Below are positions 18,283 to 33,024 of a stretch of DNA of 64,000 nucleotides, one piece after another (within the stretch, counting starts at the first letter, position 1; every line of letters starts with the position of its first letter). The stretch is from an uncultured Clostridia bacterium (GTDB lineage Bacteria; Bacillota; Clostridia; Tissierellales; DATGTQ01), in contig CAYUTQ010000010.1 of NCBI GenBank assembly GCA_964447805.1, positions 66 to 64,065 on the forward strand. The letters are read 5' to 3'. The translations under genes were made by a program, and so were the position numbers. The notes under the pieces are model-generated. The model was not told the DNA's origin, ran no database searches, and saw only the letters and a list, made by a program, of their open reading frames with translations.

Positions 18283-18317
18283 AAAAGTAGTTAGTAAAAA
18301 ATTTACTAACTACTTTT
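18283..18317 (-). terminator. Intrinsic terminator after spoIID
   Basis: 16-nt perfect arms AAAAGTAGTTAGTAAA/TTTACTAACTACTTTT. A U-rich tail follows on the minus strand. Confidence 0.8.
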
Positions 18318-18325
18318 AAAATAAA

Positions 18326-19339
18326 TTACTTTATTTCTATTCCTGTATAATAATGTTTTATTATTTCTTTATAATCTTTCCCTTTCTTAGCTAGCCCATT
18401 GGCACCCCACTGACTCATACCTACACCATGACCATATCCTATAGTTTCAATTTCAACTATATTACTCTTAGAATTCAATACTATTTTAAAATTAGTTGAA
18501 TTCAACTCAAATAATTCTCTAATTTCTTGCCCATCTACTATTGTTCCATCAATCATAACCTTTTTTATTCTTCCACTTTGAGTTTTTTCTACTAATTTTA
18601 TCTTTTCATGTAAATTACCTTTAGTAATATTAGCTGATGGATACTTATTCTGTATTTTTTCAATAAATTCCTCAATAGTCATTGTAACAATATTTTTAAA
18701 CTTAGGAGCATCTTCCTCATAAGGACTAAGAACTGATTTCAAATATGGTCTATCAGTTGCAAAAACATCTTTAGAATCTTCAGTCATACCGCCACTAGTA
18801 GAATGATATAAAGGCTCTATTAATTCTTTATCAAAATATATCATTTCTCCTGCTGTGGTGTCTACTGCCTTTTCTATTTTGGGCCAATATTTTTTTACCC
18901 ATTTTTTAGAATGAATTTTCTCCAATTCTTCCAAAGATAAATAAGCTTGGCAATGAATGCCTGTACAAATAGGTGCCTTAGGATGATCAGGATGTCCTTC
19001 TTTGAAATGCTCTACTCTATATAATGCATATGTTCTACTTGCAACAGCTTGTGCCTTCAATGCTTCTATATGAAACTCAGCAGGCATTTCTGCAGCTACA
19101 ACTCCTTTTACATAATCTTCTAAAGGCATATTAATATTTTCTTGGGTCCTTGTATCATAGACATTTATATAGCCGTCAAATTCTTCACTTATTTTATCAT
19201 TTAATTCTTTATTACTTTTCTTACTTTTAAATTTTCCACAACCATCCTTAGATACAAAATTAAATGTTTTTACAAGAATAGTTGGAAGAACAATAGTTAT
19301 TATTAAAATAAACAATACGTACATCCATAATTTTTTCAT
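18326..19339 (-). CDS. spoIID: Stage II sporulation protein D (SpoIID lytic transglycosylase)
   Basis: 337 aa. N-terminal TM segment. SpoIID signature AQAVASRTYAL...HSTSGG...GHGVGMSQWGA. Confidence 0.9.
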   Translation of the reverse strand: MKKLWMYVLFILIITIVLPTILVKTFNFVSKDGCGKFKSKKSNKELNDKISEEFDGYINVYDTRTQENINMPLEDYVKGVVAAEMPAEFHIEALKAQAVASRTYALYRVEHFKEGHPDHPKAPICTGIHCQAYLSLEELEKIHSKKWVKKYWPKIEKAVDTTAGEMIYFDKELIEPLYHSTSGGMTEDSKDVFATDRPYLKSVLSPYEEDAPKFKNIVTMTIEEFIEKIQNKYPSANITKGNLHEKIKLVEKTQSGRIKKVMIDGTIVDGQEIRELFELNSTNFKIVLNSKSNIVEIETIGYGHGVGMSQWGANGLAKKGKDYKEIIKHYYTGIEIK

Positions 19340-19382
19340 CTTTTCCTCCTCTATTCATCCTAAAGTTATTTAACTTAATTAC

Positions 19383-19410
19383 ATTCTATGCACTTGGAAA
19401 AGATGATATG
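19383..19410 (-). promoter_or_regulatory. Candidate sigma-E type promoter for spoIID
   Basis: Minus strand CATATC-14 nt-CATAGAAT resembles the forespore-engulfment sigma-E pattern (ATATT ... CATACA-T). Low specificity in AT-rich DNA. Confidence 0.35.
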
Positions 19411-19414
19411 TTTA

Positions 19415-20668
19415 TTATTGTGTCCTAGAAATTCTTCCACCTAATTTTGTAAATTTTTCTTCTATCCTATCATAACCTCTATCTATATGATAAATATTGT
19501 CAATTTCTGTTACTCCATCTGCTACTAAGCCAGCCAAAACTAAAGCTGCCCCAGCCCTCAAATCTGTGGCTTTTACTGGTGCTGACATCAAACTATCTAC
19601 TCCTTGAATAATAGAACTTCTTCCATCAATCTTTATATCTGCACCCATTCTCTTTAACTCATCTACATGCATAAATCTATTTTCAAAAACTGTTTCAATT
19701 ATTACACTAGTTCCTTTACTAACACTCATTAAAGCCATAAATTGAGCTTGCATATCTGTTGGAAATCCTGGATAAGGTAAAGTTTTAACATCTACAGCTT
19801 TTTTATTTTTAGTACCAATAACTCGTATTTTATCTCCATTTTCAATAACTTCACAACCAGTCTCTCTAAGTTTAGCAATAATAGGTTTAATATGACTAGG
19901 GATTACATTTTCTATCAATATATCTCCATTAGTAATAGCACTAGCTACCATAAAAGTCCCAGCCTCTATCCTATCAGGAATAATAGAATGCTCTGCTCCA
20001 CCTAATTTGTCTACTCCTCTAATTCTAATACTACTAGTTCCAGCTCCCTTTACATCGGCACCAAGTTTATTCAAAAAATTTGCCAAATCAACAATTTCTG
20101 GTTCCATAGCAGCATTATCAATAATAGTCTTTCCTTCTGCCAAAACTGCAGCCATCATAATATTTTCTGTAGCTCCAACACTTGGAAAATCTAAATATAT
20201 TCTATCTCCAACTAATTTATCTGCATAAGCACCTATGTAACCATGATCCACATCAACTTCAGCTCCTAAAGCTTTAAAACCTTTTAAATGTAGATCTATG
20301 GGACGAGTACCTATAGCACAACCTCCTGGCAGAGAAGTTTTAGTTTTCCCTATGCGGGTCAATAATGGTCCCATTACCAAAAAAGAAGCCCTCATTTTAC
20401 TCATTAATTCATAAGGAGTCTCATAATTATCTATAATTTTCGAATTAATTTTTAAAGTATTTTCATCTAAAAACTCGACTTTAGCTCCCAATGAAGCTAA
20501 TACATCACATATTACATCTACATCTTTAAGTCTTGGAACATCCCTCAATATTATATCCTCAGTTCCCAATAAAGATGCTGCAATAATTGGTAATGTAGAA
20601 TTTTTAGCTCCACTTATTCTAACAGTTCCTTTTAACGGTGGACTTTTTTCCACCAATATTTTGCTCAT
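19415..20668 (-). CDS. murA: UDP-N-acetylglucosamine 1-carboxyvinyltransferase
   Basis: 417 aa. Motifs ISGAKNS, the active-site loop [15 protein letters not shown] and FPTDMQAQF. Confidence 0.97.
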   Translation of the reverse strand: MSKILVEKSPPLKGTVRISGAKNSTLPIIAASLLGTEDIILRDVPRLKDVDVICDVLASLGAKVEFLDENTLKINSKIIDNYETPYELMSKMRASFLVMGPLLTRIGKTKTSLPGGCAIGTRPIDLHLKGFKALGAEVDVDHGYIGAYADKLVGDRIYLDFPSVGATENIMMAAVLAEGKTIIDNAAMEPEIVDLANFLNKLGADVKGAGTSSIRIRGVDKLGGAEHSIIPDRIEAGTFMVASAITNGDILIENVIPSHIKPIIAKLRETGCEVIENGDKIRVIGTKNKKAVDVKTLPYPGFPTDMQAQFMALMSVSKGTSVIIETVFENRFMHVDELKRMGADIKIDGRSSIIQGVDSLMSAPVKATDLRAGAALVLAGLVADGVTEIDNIYHIDRGYDRIEEKFTKLGGRISRTQ

Positions 20669-20686
20669 CTACATCCCCTCCCTGTT

Positions 20687-21481
20687 TCAATAACTTATAG
20701 TTATAATAGGTATACCAATCCATAAATAAGTTTTATCCTCATATTCACTATATCTCATAGCAATATTTAAATTAATTTTATCTTTTCCTACATAAATATA
20801 TTTGTCTATATACGGAGTATAAGCTGTAATACTTACCATATCATCATCAACAAATCTTTCTATTACTTCTCCTTTTATATTTTTTGTTTCTCTTAAAATT
20901 TTCCTTTCACTTTCTTTACTATTTAATCTACCATTGAGATTTCCAACTATACAAGTATTAATTTCCACATCTTTATCAAATTCTTTAAAAATTTTTTCTA
21001 CCTTATTTATTATATCATTAATTTCACTATATTTCTTCTTTATAATAAAATTAATAAAAAGTGTAGTTTCTTCAATCTTACCTTCTTCATCCCTATAAGA
21101 TGTAAAAATAATAGTAACAGGATGTCCTTCATTATTTATTCCCCATATTGTAAGTTGTCTAAAATTATTGTCATTAATAATTTTCTTCGAATAACCATTA
21201 GTTCCCAACCTAAAACCATATATATCTTCTTTTATTTCGTCCCCTATTAATCCAACTTTAAATCTAATTTCTTCTCCTAGTCTTACCATTTCCTCTTCTT
21301 CTACAAATTTATTAAGTATTTCTCTACCTCCACTTACATCTGCTTCTAAAAATTTTCCACCCATATCTTCTAGTATACATAATGGAATATCTTTTTCAAC
21401 CTTTTTCCCTATAGATAACCCCAAAATAGGTACTAAAAAAATAATAATTCCTATACATAAAAAATTACTGTATTTTTTCAT
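20687..21481 (-). CDS. YwmB-family protein (DUF1779, TATA-box-binding-like fold)
   Basis: 264 aa with an N-terminal signal/anchor. Called mainly by its conserved position between atpC and murA. Confidence 0.55.
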   Translation of the reverse strand: MKKYSNFLCIGIIIFLVPILGLSIGKKVEKDIPLCILEDMGGKFLEADVSGGREILNKFVEEEEMVRLGEEIRFKVGLIGDEIKEDIYGFRLGTNGYSKKIINDNNFRQLTIWGINNEGHPVTIIFTSYRDEEGKIEETTLFINFIIKKKYSEINDIINKVEKIFKEFDKDVEINTCIVGNLNGRLNSKESERKILRETKNIKGEVIERFVDDDMVSITAYTPYIDKYIYVGKDKINLNIAMRYSEYEDKTYLWIGIPIITISY

Positions 21482-21573
21482 CTTTCTCCCTCCCTAAATT
21501 AAATAGGAAAGGATACTACCTAGCTATTCATAGCAAAGGCTGTAAAGGGGGACAAAACACTTTTGCTATATAT

Positions 21574-21622
21574 AAAAGTACCCTTTCCTCATGGTAAAGT
21601 ATTGCCATGAATGGGTACTTTT
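21574..21622 (-). terminator. Intrinsic terminator after the atp operon
   Basis: Outer stem AAAAGTACCC/GGGTACTTTT enclosing an inner stem TCATGG/CCATGA. Begins 15 nt after the atpC stop. Confidence 0.8.
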
Positions 21623-21636
21623 TATACCTTATTATT

Positions 21637-22047
21637 TTATTTCCTATATTCAGCTACATCCAATCTATTTAATGCTCTTTTTAAAGCTGCTTCAGCCCTA
21701 GCTACATCTAAACCATTGGGCCTATTTTTAAGTCTTCTTTGAGCCCTTTCCTTTGCTTTTTTAGCTCTTTCAACATCTATCTCTTCAGGCCATTCACAAG
21801 CATCTGTAATAATAACAGTCTTTTCTTTTGTTACTTTTATATAGCCACTAGTACAAGTTGCAATTTTTTCTTCTCCATCTTTATCTTTTAAAATTTTAAT
21901 CTTCCCTATTTTTAAAGGGGTTACTAAAGGTGCTCTATTTTTTAAAACTGCTAAATCACCTTCAGTACCTCTCACTATAACTCTTTCTATTTCATCATTA
22001 AAAAACAATCTATCTGGAGTTACTATTTCTAGAGGGAATGTTGCCAT
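21637..22047 (-). CDS. atpC: F1 ATP synthase epsilon subunit
   Basis: 136 aa. Has a beta-sandwich N-terminus and a helical C-terminus. Last gene of the atp operon. Confidence 0.95.
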   Translation of the reverse strand: MATFPLEIVTPDRLFFNDEIERVIVRGTEGDLAVLKNRAPLVTPLKIGKIKILKDKDGEEKIATCTSGYIKVTKEKTVIITDACEWPEEIDVERAKKAKERAQRRLKNRPNGLDVARAEAALKRALNRLDVAEYRK

Positions 22048-22050
22048 AAA

Positions 22051-23463
<1,413 letters not shown>

Positions 23464-23467
23464 TCAA

Positions 23468-24328
23468 TTACTTGAGAGCTTCCACACCTGTAACAATTTC
23501 TGAAATTTCCATAGTAATTGCTGCTTGACGAGCCCTATTATAACTAAGTTCCAATTCTTCTATCATTTCCTCAGCATTATCTGTTGCCGCACCCATAGCT
23601 GTTCTTCTAGCACCTTGTTCACTACTAGATGATTCTATTAATGCACCATATACAGAACTCTCTACATATTTAGGAATTAAATACTCCAATACTTCTTCTG
23701 GAGATGGCTCATATTCAATAATACTCCTCTTCTTTTTATTTTCAATATTATTAACATTTTCACTAGGAAGTAATTTTAATAGCTTTGCCTCCTGTAAAAG
23801 AGTTGAATGAAACTCAGTATATGCTATTATTATTTCATCTACCTCTTCTTTTTTATAAAGATCTAAAGCCATTTTAGTAATTCTTTTGGCATCACAGAAA
23901 TGAGGCTCTTCTGAAATCCCAGAGAATTCTCCTCTTATATCATAATCTCTTCCTTTAAAATAATCGTAAGCTTTCAAACCTACTGTAATAAAAGAAACTT
24001 CATCTTTTTTATCCTCTATATCCTTTTCAACCATCCTTATAACATTAGAATTATAACCTCCTGCTAACCCTCTATCTCCAGTAATTACAATATATAATGA
24101 TTTTTTTACATCCCTTACTTCCAAAAAAGGATGTTTAATATTACTTGTAGAAGCTAACACTTCTTGAATACTTGACAATACTGTATTGTAATAAGGTCTG
24201 GTTTTTTCTAATTTTGCCCTAGTTCTCCTTAACTTAGCCGATGCTACTAATTCCATAGCCTTTGTTATCTGTTTTGTATTTGTAATTCCTTTTATACGTC
24301 TTTTAATATCACGTGCCGATTCTACCAA
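23468..24328 (-). CDS. atpG: F1 ATP synthase gamma subunit
   Basis: 286 aa. N-terminus IKRRIKGITNTKQITKAMELVA and C-terminus LSYNRARQAAIT.EI.EIV.G. Confidence 0.95.
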   Translation of the reverse strand: MVESARDIKRRIKGITNTKQITKAMELVASAKLRRTRAKLEKTRPYYNTVLSSIQEVLASTSNIKHPFLEVRDVKKSLYIVITGDRGLAGGYNSNVIRMVEKDIEDKKDEVSFITVGLKAYDYFKGRDYDIRGEFSGISEEPHFCDAKRITKMALDLYKKEEVDEIIIAYTEFHSTLLQEAKLLKLLPSENVNNIENKKKRSIIEYEPSPEEVLEYLIPKYVESSVYGALIESSSSEQGARRTAMGAATDNAEEMIEELELSYNRARQAAITMEISEIVTGVEALK

Positions 24329-24361
24329 ATGTTTTCACCCCCTATTTTTTTCAGGGTTTCT

Positions 24362-25879
<1,518 letters not shown>

Positions 25880-25887
25880 TCAACTTC

Positions 25888-26430
25888 CTATACTTTTGCG
25901 CCTTTAATGGTTTTTTCCATGGATTCAAGTCGTCCTTTTATAGTTCCATCTATAATTTTATTTTCTATTTTTAAAAGTACTCCGCCTAATATTGTATTAT
26001 CTATTTTATTTTTAATTTTTACAGTCTTTCCTAATTTATTTGAAAGAACTACAGACAGCTTATCTTGAGAACTTCTATCCATAGGAACAGCTGTTATTGC
26101 TACAGCTTCTATTATATTTTTCTCATCATTGTACAAATATTCATATTCCTTATTTATATCTAAAATATTTTGTTCTCTTCCTTTATCTACAATTATATAA
26201 AGAAAGTTAATCATTTCTTGAGAAACTATCTCTCCAAAAATATTCACAATCAAATTTTTCTTCTGTTGTTTAGACACTTTAGGGTGTTCTAAAACAGCCA
26301 TTAACTCTGATTCTTTTTCCAATATATCAGTTATATAATTTAATTCCTTTTTGAAACTATCTAATTTATTCAATTCTTGCCCTGCTTCAAATAGTGCCAA
26401 AGCATATCTTTTTCCTATTAGCTTTGCCAT
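25888..26430 (-). CDS. atpH: F1 ATP synthase delta (OSCP) subunit
   Basis: 180 aa. N-terminus YALALFEAG and a GG..L.I....IDGTIKGRL C-terminus. Overlaps atpF by 13 nt. Confidence 0.9.
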   Translation of the reverse strand: MAKLIGKRYALALFEAGQELNKLDSFKKELNYITDILEKESELMAVLEHPKVSKQQKKNLIVNIFGEIVSQEMINFLYIIVDKGREQNILDINKEYEYLYNDEKNIIEAVAITAVPMDRSSQDKLSVVLSNKLGKTVKIKNKIDNTILGGVLLKIENKIIDGTIKGRLESMEKTIKGAKV

Positions 26431-26930
26431 TTATCCATCCCTACCTCGTTTATGAACTTATCAATAGAATCTTTTTGAACATTCATATCCATATTTTGAT
26501 CTATTATTTTAGAAGCAATAAGAATAGCCATATCTCCAGCCTGCAATTTTATATCTTGTAGAGCCTTTTCTTTTTCTAATTCAATTTCCCTCTTGGCCCT
26601 CTCTACAATACCTTCTGCTTCTATTTTTGCTTCATTTACTATATCTTGTTTTAACTCTTCTCCTCGTTGTCTGGAGGCTTCTATTATTTCTTGTCCTTCC
26701 TTATTTGCTTCATTTATTTTAAGTTCATATTGTTCCTTCAAAGTATTTGCTTCTCCCTTTAAAACTTTAGCACCATCTATATCCTTTTGAATATTTTCTT
26801 TTCTTTCCTTCATAAATTTGGACACTGGTTCATATAGAAAATGTCTCAATATAAAATATAATAATACTACAGAAATAATCACCTGTATCATTGATGTCCA
26901 ATCTGGTATAACCCGTACATCTATGTCCAT
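26418..26930 (-). CDS. atpF: Fo ATP synthase b subunit
   Basis: 170 aa. One N-terminal TM segment followed by a long charged helix. Confidence 0.9.
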   Translation of the reverse strand: MDIDVRVIPDWTSMIQVIISVVLLYFILRHFLYEPVSKFMKERKENIQKDIDGAKVLKGEANTLKEQYELKINEANKEGQEIIEASRQRGEELKQDIVNEAKIEAEGIVERAKREIELEKEKALQDIKLQAGDMAILIASKIIDQNMDMNVQKDSIDKFINEVGMDKWQS

Positions 26931-26967
26931 TGACTCAACCTCCTTCTCATTGAGGTATACTTATTTT

Positions 26968-26998
26968 GAGATGGTAAGGATACCTTCCTTGCCATCTC
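26968..26998 (-). other. Intercistronic stem-loop between atpE and atpF
   Basis: 12-nt arms GAGATGGTAAGG/CCTTGCCATCTC with one mismatch and a 7-nt loop. No U-run, so it is not a terminator. Confidence 0.5.
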
Positions 26999-27008
26999 TT
27001 AATACTCA

Positions 27009-27997
<989 letters not shown>

Positions 27998-28042
27998 CTC
28001 TTCATATGTCCCCTCCTTTCTTTCAAACCTTTAAATTCATAA

Positions 28043-28447
28043 CTATTTATTTTTAAATTTTTGAATCCTTCCTTTTATTGTATCACAAATTGCTTTAGAC
28101 AATATTACAATTTTTATGGTGAATAACCCCAAAATAGTCGTAAAAAAACTTAAATACCCAGCAACAGCACTGATTACTAATACTATAAAATAAATAAAAT
28201 ATCTTAATATATAATTAGCAGTCACATAATTAGATGCCTTTGAAGGCTCCATTAATACAGCTTTTTTCAATGTATTATTAAGAAGAAGAAAACTTAAAAT
28301 ATTGATAATAGCACCAAATATATATCCTAAAACATACCGTTTTGGCTCTTTGAACCCTAAAAACATAATTCCCATAATTATTAAAATAAAAATTATAGCT
28401 CTTTTTAATATATGATATATATAATCATCATTTCTGTTTTGCGGCAT
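28043..28447 (-). CDS. atpI: ATP synthase protein I
   Basis: 134 aa with 4 TM segments. Lies immediately upstream of atpB. Confidence 0.7.
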   Translation of the reverse strand: MPQNRNDDYIYHILKRAIIFILIIMGIMFLGFKEPKRYVLGYIFGAIINILSFLLLNNTLKKAVLMEPSKASNYVTANYILRYFIYFIVLVISAVAGYLSFFTTILGLFTIKIVILSKAICDTIKGRIQKFKNK

Positions 28448-28453
28448 TTTGCC

Positions 28454-28675
28454 TCACTTCCTGCGATTCTTAGTAGACATTTTAAAAAGATTCATAAACC
28501 CTGTTATAGCACCTAATATAATAAATATAATAGTAAATATTCCTTGAGTATTCAACCATTTATCTACAATTTTCCCTAAAAAAACTCCTATTAAAATAGG
28601 TGTCACTATTGAAAAACCTATTTGTGTTATTAAAACTATATTTTGAAAACCCTTTTTATCTTTCAAGTTAAACAC
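28454..28675 (-). CDS. AtpZ/AtpR-type small membrane protein
   Basis: 73 aa with 2 TM segments (FLGKIVDKWLNT...). First gene of the atp cluster. Confidence 0.6.
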   Translation of the reverse strand: MFNLKDKKGFQNIVLITQIGFSIVTPILIGVFLGKIVDKWLNTQGIFTIIFIILGAITGFMNLFKMSTKNRRK

Positions 28676-28926
28676 TCCATAGCCAATTTATATTTACTAT
28701 TTATATTAACTATAACAAAAAAAATATTATTTATGCAAATAATTTTTCTGAAATTTTCGAAAAAAGTTTTTTATGTCATAACAATGCTGTTACTATCTAT
28801 TGTTACTTCATAGTTATCTTTGTTTTTCCTTAGCAATCTTCTTTATTCTAATTTATTTTTAAATAAATACATTATAACATAGTATTGATAATATACTACC
28901 TATTAATTCTACAAATAAATACTCTC

Positions 28927-30045
28927 TTAAAGTAAATACTCCAATATAATATTAACAATTTTATCAGCAGCTTTCCCATCTCCATAGGGATTTACTGCAT
29001 TAGCCATCTTAATATATTCTTCATCTTTTGAAATTAATAAATTCATTACATTAAAAATATTTTCTTTTTTTGTTCCTACCAATCTTGCAGTTCCTGATTC
29101 TATACCTTCAGGTCTTTCTGTTTCTTCTCTCACCACTAATACTGGTTTACCCAAACTAGGTGCTTCCTCTTGAAGACCACCAGAATCTGTTACTACTAAA
29201 TATGATTTAGCCATTAAATTTGTAAAAGGCTCATAATCTAAAGGCTCAATTAAATGAATCCTCTCTTGCTCTCCAAATATTTTATAAGCTATTTTTCTAA
29301 CTTTTGGATTTAAATGAACTGGAAAAACTACTTCCACATCTTCATATTTTTCTACTATTTCTTTTATTGCTGAAAAAATATTTTCCATTGGTTTGCCTAT
29401 ATTTTCTCTTCTATGAGAAGTAAGTAAAATTACTTTTTTATTTTTAAAATCAATATTATCTAATTCTTTTATATTAAATATGTAATCATCTTTTACTACA
29501 TGTTGAAGAGCATCAATAACTGTATTTCCTGTTACAAATATTTTTTCTTCTTCATAACCTTCTTTTAATAAATTTTGCTTATTTCTCTCTGTTGGTGCAA
29601 AATGAAAATCTGTAACAATACCAGTTAGTTTTCTATTAGCTTCTTCTGGATAAGGGGAGTATAAATTTCCACTTCTAAGACCTGCTTCCACATGCCCAAT
29701 TTTTACTTTTTGATAAAAAGCTGCCAATGCTCCTGCAAACACTGTAGTAGTATCTCCTTGAACTAATAATAAATCCGGCCTTTCTTTTAATATAATCTTT
29801 TCCATTCCTTCCAAAGCTTTAATAGTTATTTCTGTTAAAGTTTGTCCTGGATGAAAAATATTCAAATCATATTTTGGTTTTATTTCAAATATATTAAGTA
29901 CTTGATCTAACATTTCTCTATGTTGAGCTGTTACACAAACAACATTCTCTATAACCTCTACATTTTCCATTTTCTTTACAATAGGAGCCATCTTTATTCC
30001 TTCAGGTCTTGTCCCAAAAACTGTCATAACCTTTATCTTATCCAT
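28927..30045 (-). CDS. mnaA: UDP-N-acetylglucosamine 2-epimerase (non-hydrolysing)
   Basis: 372 aa. Motifs FGTRPE.IKMAP, GDTTT, HVEAGLRS and TDSGG.QEEAPSLGKPVLV.RE.TERPEG. Confidence 0.92.
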   Translation of the reverse strand: MDKIKVMTVFGTRPEGIKMAPIVKKMENVEVIENVVCVTAQHREMLDQVLNIFEIKPKYDLNIFHPGQTLTEITIKALEGMEKIILKERPDLLLVQGDTTTVFAGALAAFYQKVKIGHVEAGLRSGNLYSPYPEEANRKLTGIVTDFHFAPTERNKQNLLKEGYEEEKIFVTGNTVIDALQHVVKDDYIFNIKELDNIDFKNKKVILLTSHRRENIGKPMENIFSAIKEIVEKYEDVEVVFPVHLNPKVRKIAYKIFGEQERIHLIEPLDYEPFTNLMAKSYLVVTDSGGLQEEAPSLGKPVLVVREETERPEGIESGTARLVGTKKENIFNVMNLLISKDEEYIKMANAVNPYGDGKAADKIVNIILEYLL

Positions 30046-30055
30046 TTTACTCCTC

Positions 30056-31096
30056 CTATTCTCTTTGTCTATTGTTATTTCTATCCTTAATACCTAACCT
30101 ACTAGCAAATAATATAGCAATTATTATTATTATCATAGCTGCAAATTCAACTTGTTTACTATTTGAAATTGCTACAATAACTGCTAAAAATCCAAATATT
30201 CCACTAATTAAATAAAAAATAAGCACTGTCTGCTTCTGTGTATAACCTTTTTCAAGCAATTGATGATGAAGATGCCCCTTATCCGCTTCCATAATAGACT
30301 TACCGTTTAAAAGCCTTCTAAATATAGCAAAAGTAGTATCAAATATAGGAATTCCTAATACTATTATAGGTAGTATAACAGCAATTGCTGCCGTACTTTT
30401 CATTACACCTTCAATAGATATAGCTGCTATTATGAAACCCAAAAATAAAGAACCTGTATCTCCCATAAAGATTTTAGCAGGATTAAAATTGTACGGCAAA
30501 AATCCTAAACAAGAACCTGCCAATATAGATGATATGATCATAACTTCATTATAACAAAATTGAACAGCTACAAACAATAATGATAAACTAGATATACTCG
30601 CAATTCCTGCAGTCAAACCATCTAATCCATCTATTAAATTAAAAGCATTTGTAATACCCACTACCCAAATTATAGTTAAAGGTATAGAAAATCCTTTCAA
30701 ATACAAAAGTTTATTTTCTTTTGAAAAAGGATTAGAAATAAAATCTATTTTTACATCACCAATTATCAATATTATACTTGCAACTATTTGAAAAAGCAAT
30801 TTCACTCTAGGACTTATTCCCTTTATATCATCAATTACACCAGATATAACAATAATAGTACCACCAATAATAATTGACAACAAATCTTTATTCAATGGTA
30901 AAAATAATAAAGTAGCAACTATCGTAGATATATATATTGCTAGTCCTCCCAAAAGAGGCATAGGCTTATTATGAACTCTTCTTTCATCCTTTGGTATATC
31001 AATTGCACCTATTTTTATTGCAGCTTTTTTTGCAATAGGAGTCATAAAAAAAGATATAATTGCTGCTACAACAAAAGGTATAACATATTCAGCCAT
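30056..31096 (-). CDS. tagO: Glycosyltransferase family 4, undecaprenyl-phosphate GlcNAc-1-phosphate transferase (TagO/WecA-like)
   Basis: Polytopic protein with NAFNLIDGLDGL and MGDTGSLFLGF motifs. The ATG at 31096 has SD AAAGGAGAG. The ORF track start at 31123 lacks an SD. Confidence 0.85.
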   Translation of the reverse strand: MAEYVIPFVVAAIISFFMTPIAKKAAIKIGAIDIPKDERRVHNKPMPLLGGLAIYISTIVATLLFLPLNKDLLSIIIGGTIIVISGVIDDIKGISPRVKLLFQIVASIILIIGDVKIDFISNPFSKENKLLYLKGFSIPLTIIWVVGITNAFNLIDGLDGLTAGIASISSLSLLFVAVQFCYNEVMIISSILAGSCLGFLPYNFNPAKIFMGDTGSLFLGFIIAAISIEGVMKSTAAIAVILPIIVLGIPIFDTTFAIFRRLLNGKSIMEADKGHLHHQLLEKGYTQKQTVLIFYLISGIFGFLAVIVAISNSKQVEFAAMIIIIIAILFASRLGIKDRNNNRQRE

Positions 31097-31385
31097 TTTT
31101 TTCTCTCCTTTTCTCAAAATCAACTAACCACTTTTTTAAATCCACATTATGCTAATCAAGTAATTAATTATTTACAATATCTTTATAGACAATATTAACA
31201 TTAATTATTTACAATTTCTATTTTAATATTAAAAATTATTAATAAAATAAGTCATTTTACTCTATTTTAATCCCTTGATTTTGACATAAATGTTTTTATA
31301 TGTATATAGTAACATAAATTTAGATATTCTGATATACTAAATACAATATTTGGCCATTTTTACTATATTTTCTTTATAAATAGAT

Positions 31386-31419
31386 AAAAAATAAGAGAGA
31401 AATTTCTCTCTTATTTTTT
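31386..31419 (-). terminator. Intrinsic terminator after upp (bidirectional)
   Basis: Perfect palindrome ATAAGAGAGAAA/TTTCTCTCTTAT flanked by A5 and T5. Confidence 0.85.
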
Positions 31420-31421
31420 AT

Positions 31422-32084
<663 letters not shown>

Positions 32085-32094
32085 CTACTATCTA

Positions 32095-32544
32095 TTATAA
32101 CATATACTTTCTCTCTATATCAGAAATTTTATTAATTCTTCTTTCATGTCTACCACCTTGAAATTCTGATTTAATCCAAGTAGATACTATTTCCACAGCC
32201 AAATCTTTGCCCAGCACTCTTCCACCAAGGGCTAGTACATTTGCATCATTATGTTCTACACTCATTCTAGCAGAATACGTATCACTACAAAGAGCACATC
32301 TAATGCCAGGAATTTTATTACAAGAAATTGAAATCCCTATTCCTGTCCCACATATTACTATTCCTTTATCACATTCTTTATTTATTACTCCTCTTGATAC
32401 TTCTAATCCAAAATCAGGATAATCAACAGATTCTAAAGAATCAGTTCCATAATCTATATATTCAATTTTTTCCTTTTCCAAAAATTCTTTGATATATTCT
32501 TTTAATTCATAACCACCATGATCACTTCCTAAACCTATTTTCAC
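32095..32544 (-). CDS. rpiB: Ribose-5-phosphate isomerase B
   Basis: 149 aa. Motifs IGLGSDHGGYELK, CGTGIGISI and GGRHERRI. Confidence 0.93.
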   Translation of the reverse strand: MKIGLGSDHGGYELKEYIKEFLEKEKIEYIDYGTDSLESVDYPDFGLEVSRGVINKECDKGIVICGTGIGISISCNKIPGIRCALCSDTYSARMSVEHNDANVLALGGRVLGKDLAVEIVSTWIKSEFQGGRHERRINKISDIERKYML

Positions 32545-32563
32545 TAAATTACCCTCCTTAGCT

Positions 32564-33007
32564 TCATATCTTTTCTATTAATTTTTTTATTAACACTTCT
32601 AATTCTTTCCTTACCTCTTCATAAACCTTCAATCCCCCACCATAAGGATCACATACATCTTCTTCTACCCCATAAACATACTCTTTTAAAGTATATATTT
32701 TACCACTTATAAAAGGATATTTAAATAAAAGAGTTTCTTTATGAGAAAAAGTCATAGTCAACACTAAATCAACTTCTTCTAACATTTTTTTCGTTACTAA
32801 TTTTGTTCTATGTTCTGAAATATCTATATTTTCTTCTTCTAGTACTTCTATAGCTTCATTAGACGGTCTATCCCCTGCAAATGCAAATATACCTGCAGAT
32901 TGCACTTCAATATCTAATCCTTTTTTTTCAGCCATATCCTCTAACATAGCTGCAGCCATAGGACTTCTACAAGTATTTCCCGTACACACAAAAAGAATCT
33001 TTTTCAA
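32564..33007 (-). CDS. ywlE: Low-molecular-weight protein phosphatase (YwlE-type arginine/tyrosine phosphatase)
   Basis: 147 aa. P-loop CTGNTCRS and a DPYGG Asp loop. Confidence 0.85.
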   Translation of the reverse strand: MKKILFVCTGNTCRSPMAAAMLEDMAEKKGLDIEVQSAGIFAFAGDRPSNEAIEVLEEENIDISEHRTKLVTKKMLEEVDLVLTMTFSHKETLLFKYPFISGKIYTLKEYVYGVEEDVCDPYGGGLKVYEEVRKELEVLIKKLIEKI

Positions 33008-33024
33008 ATGAATCTCTCCTTATT

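Noticed and set aside
26418-26430. Short coding overlaps as signs of frameshift or mis-assembly. These are atpF/atpH 13 nt, prmC/DUF1385 10 nt at 38108-38117, the chrA pair 4 nt at 36618-36621, and zupT/prfA convergent 4 nt at 34960-34963.
   Set aside because: All partners are full-length with intact family motifs. Such overlaps are normal translational coupling or compact convergent ends.
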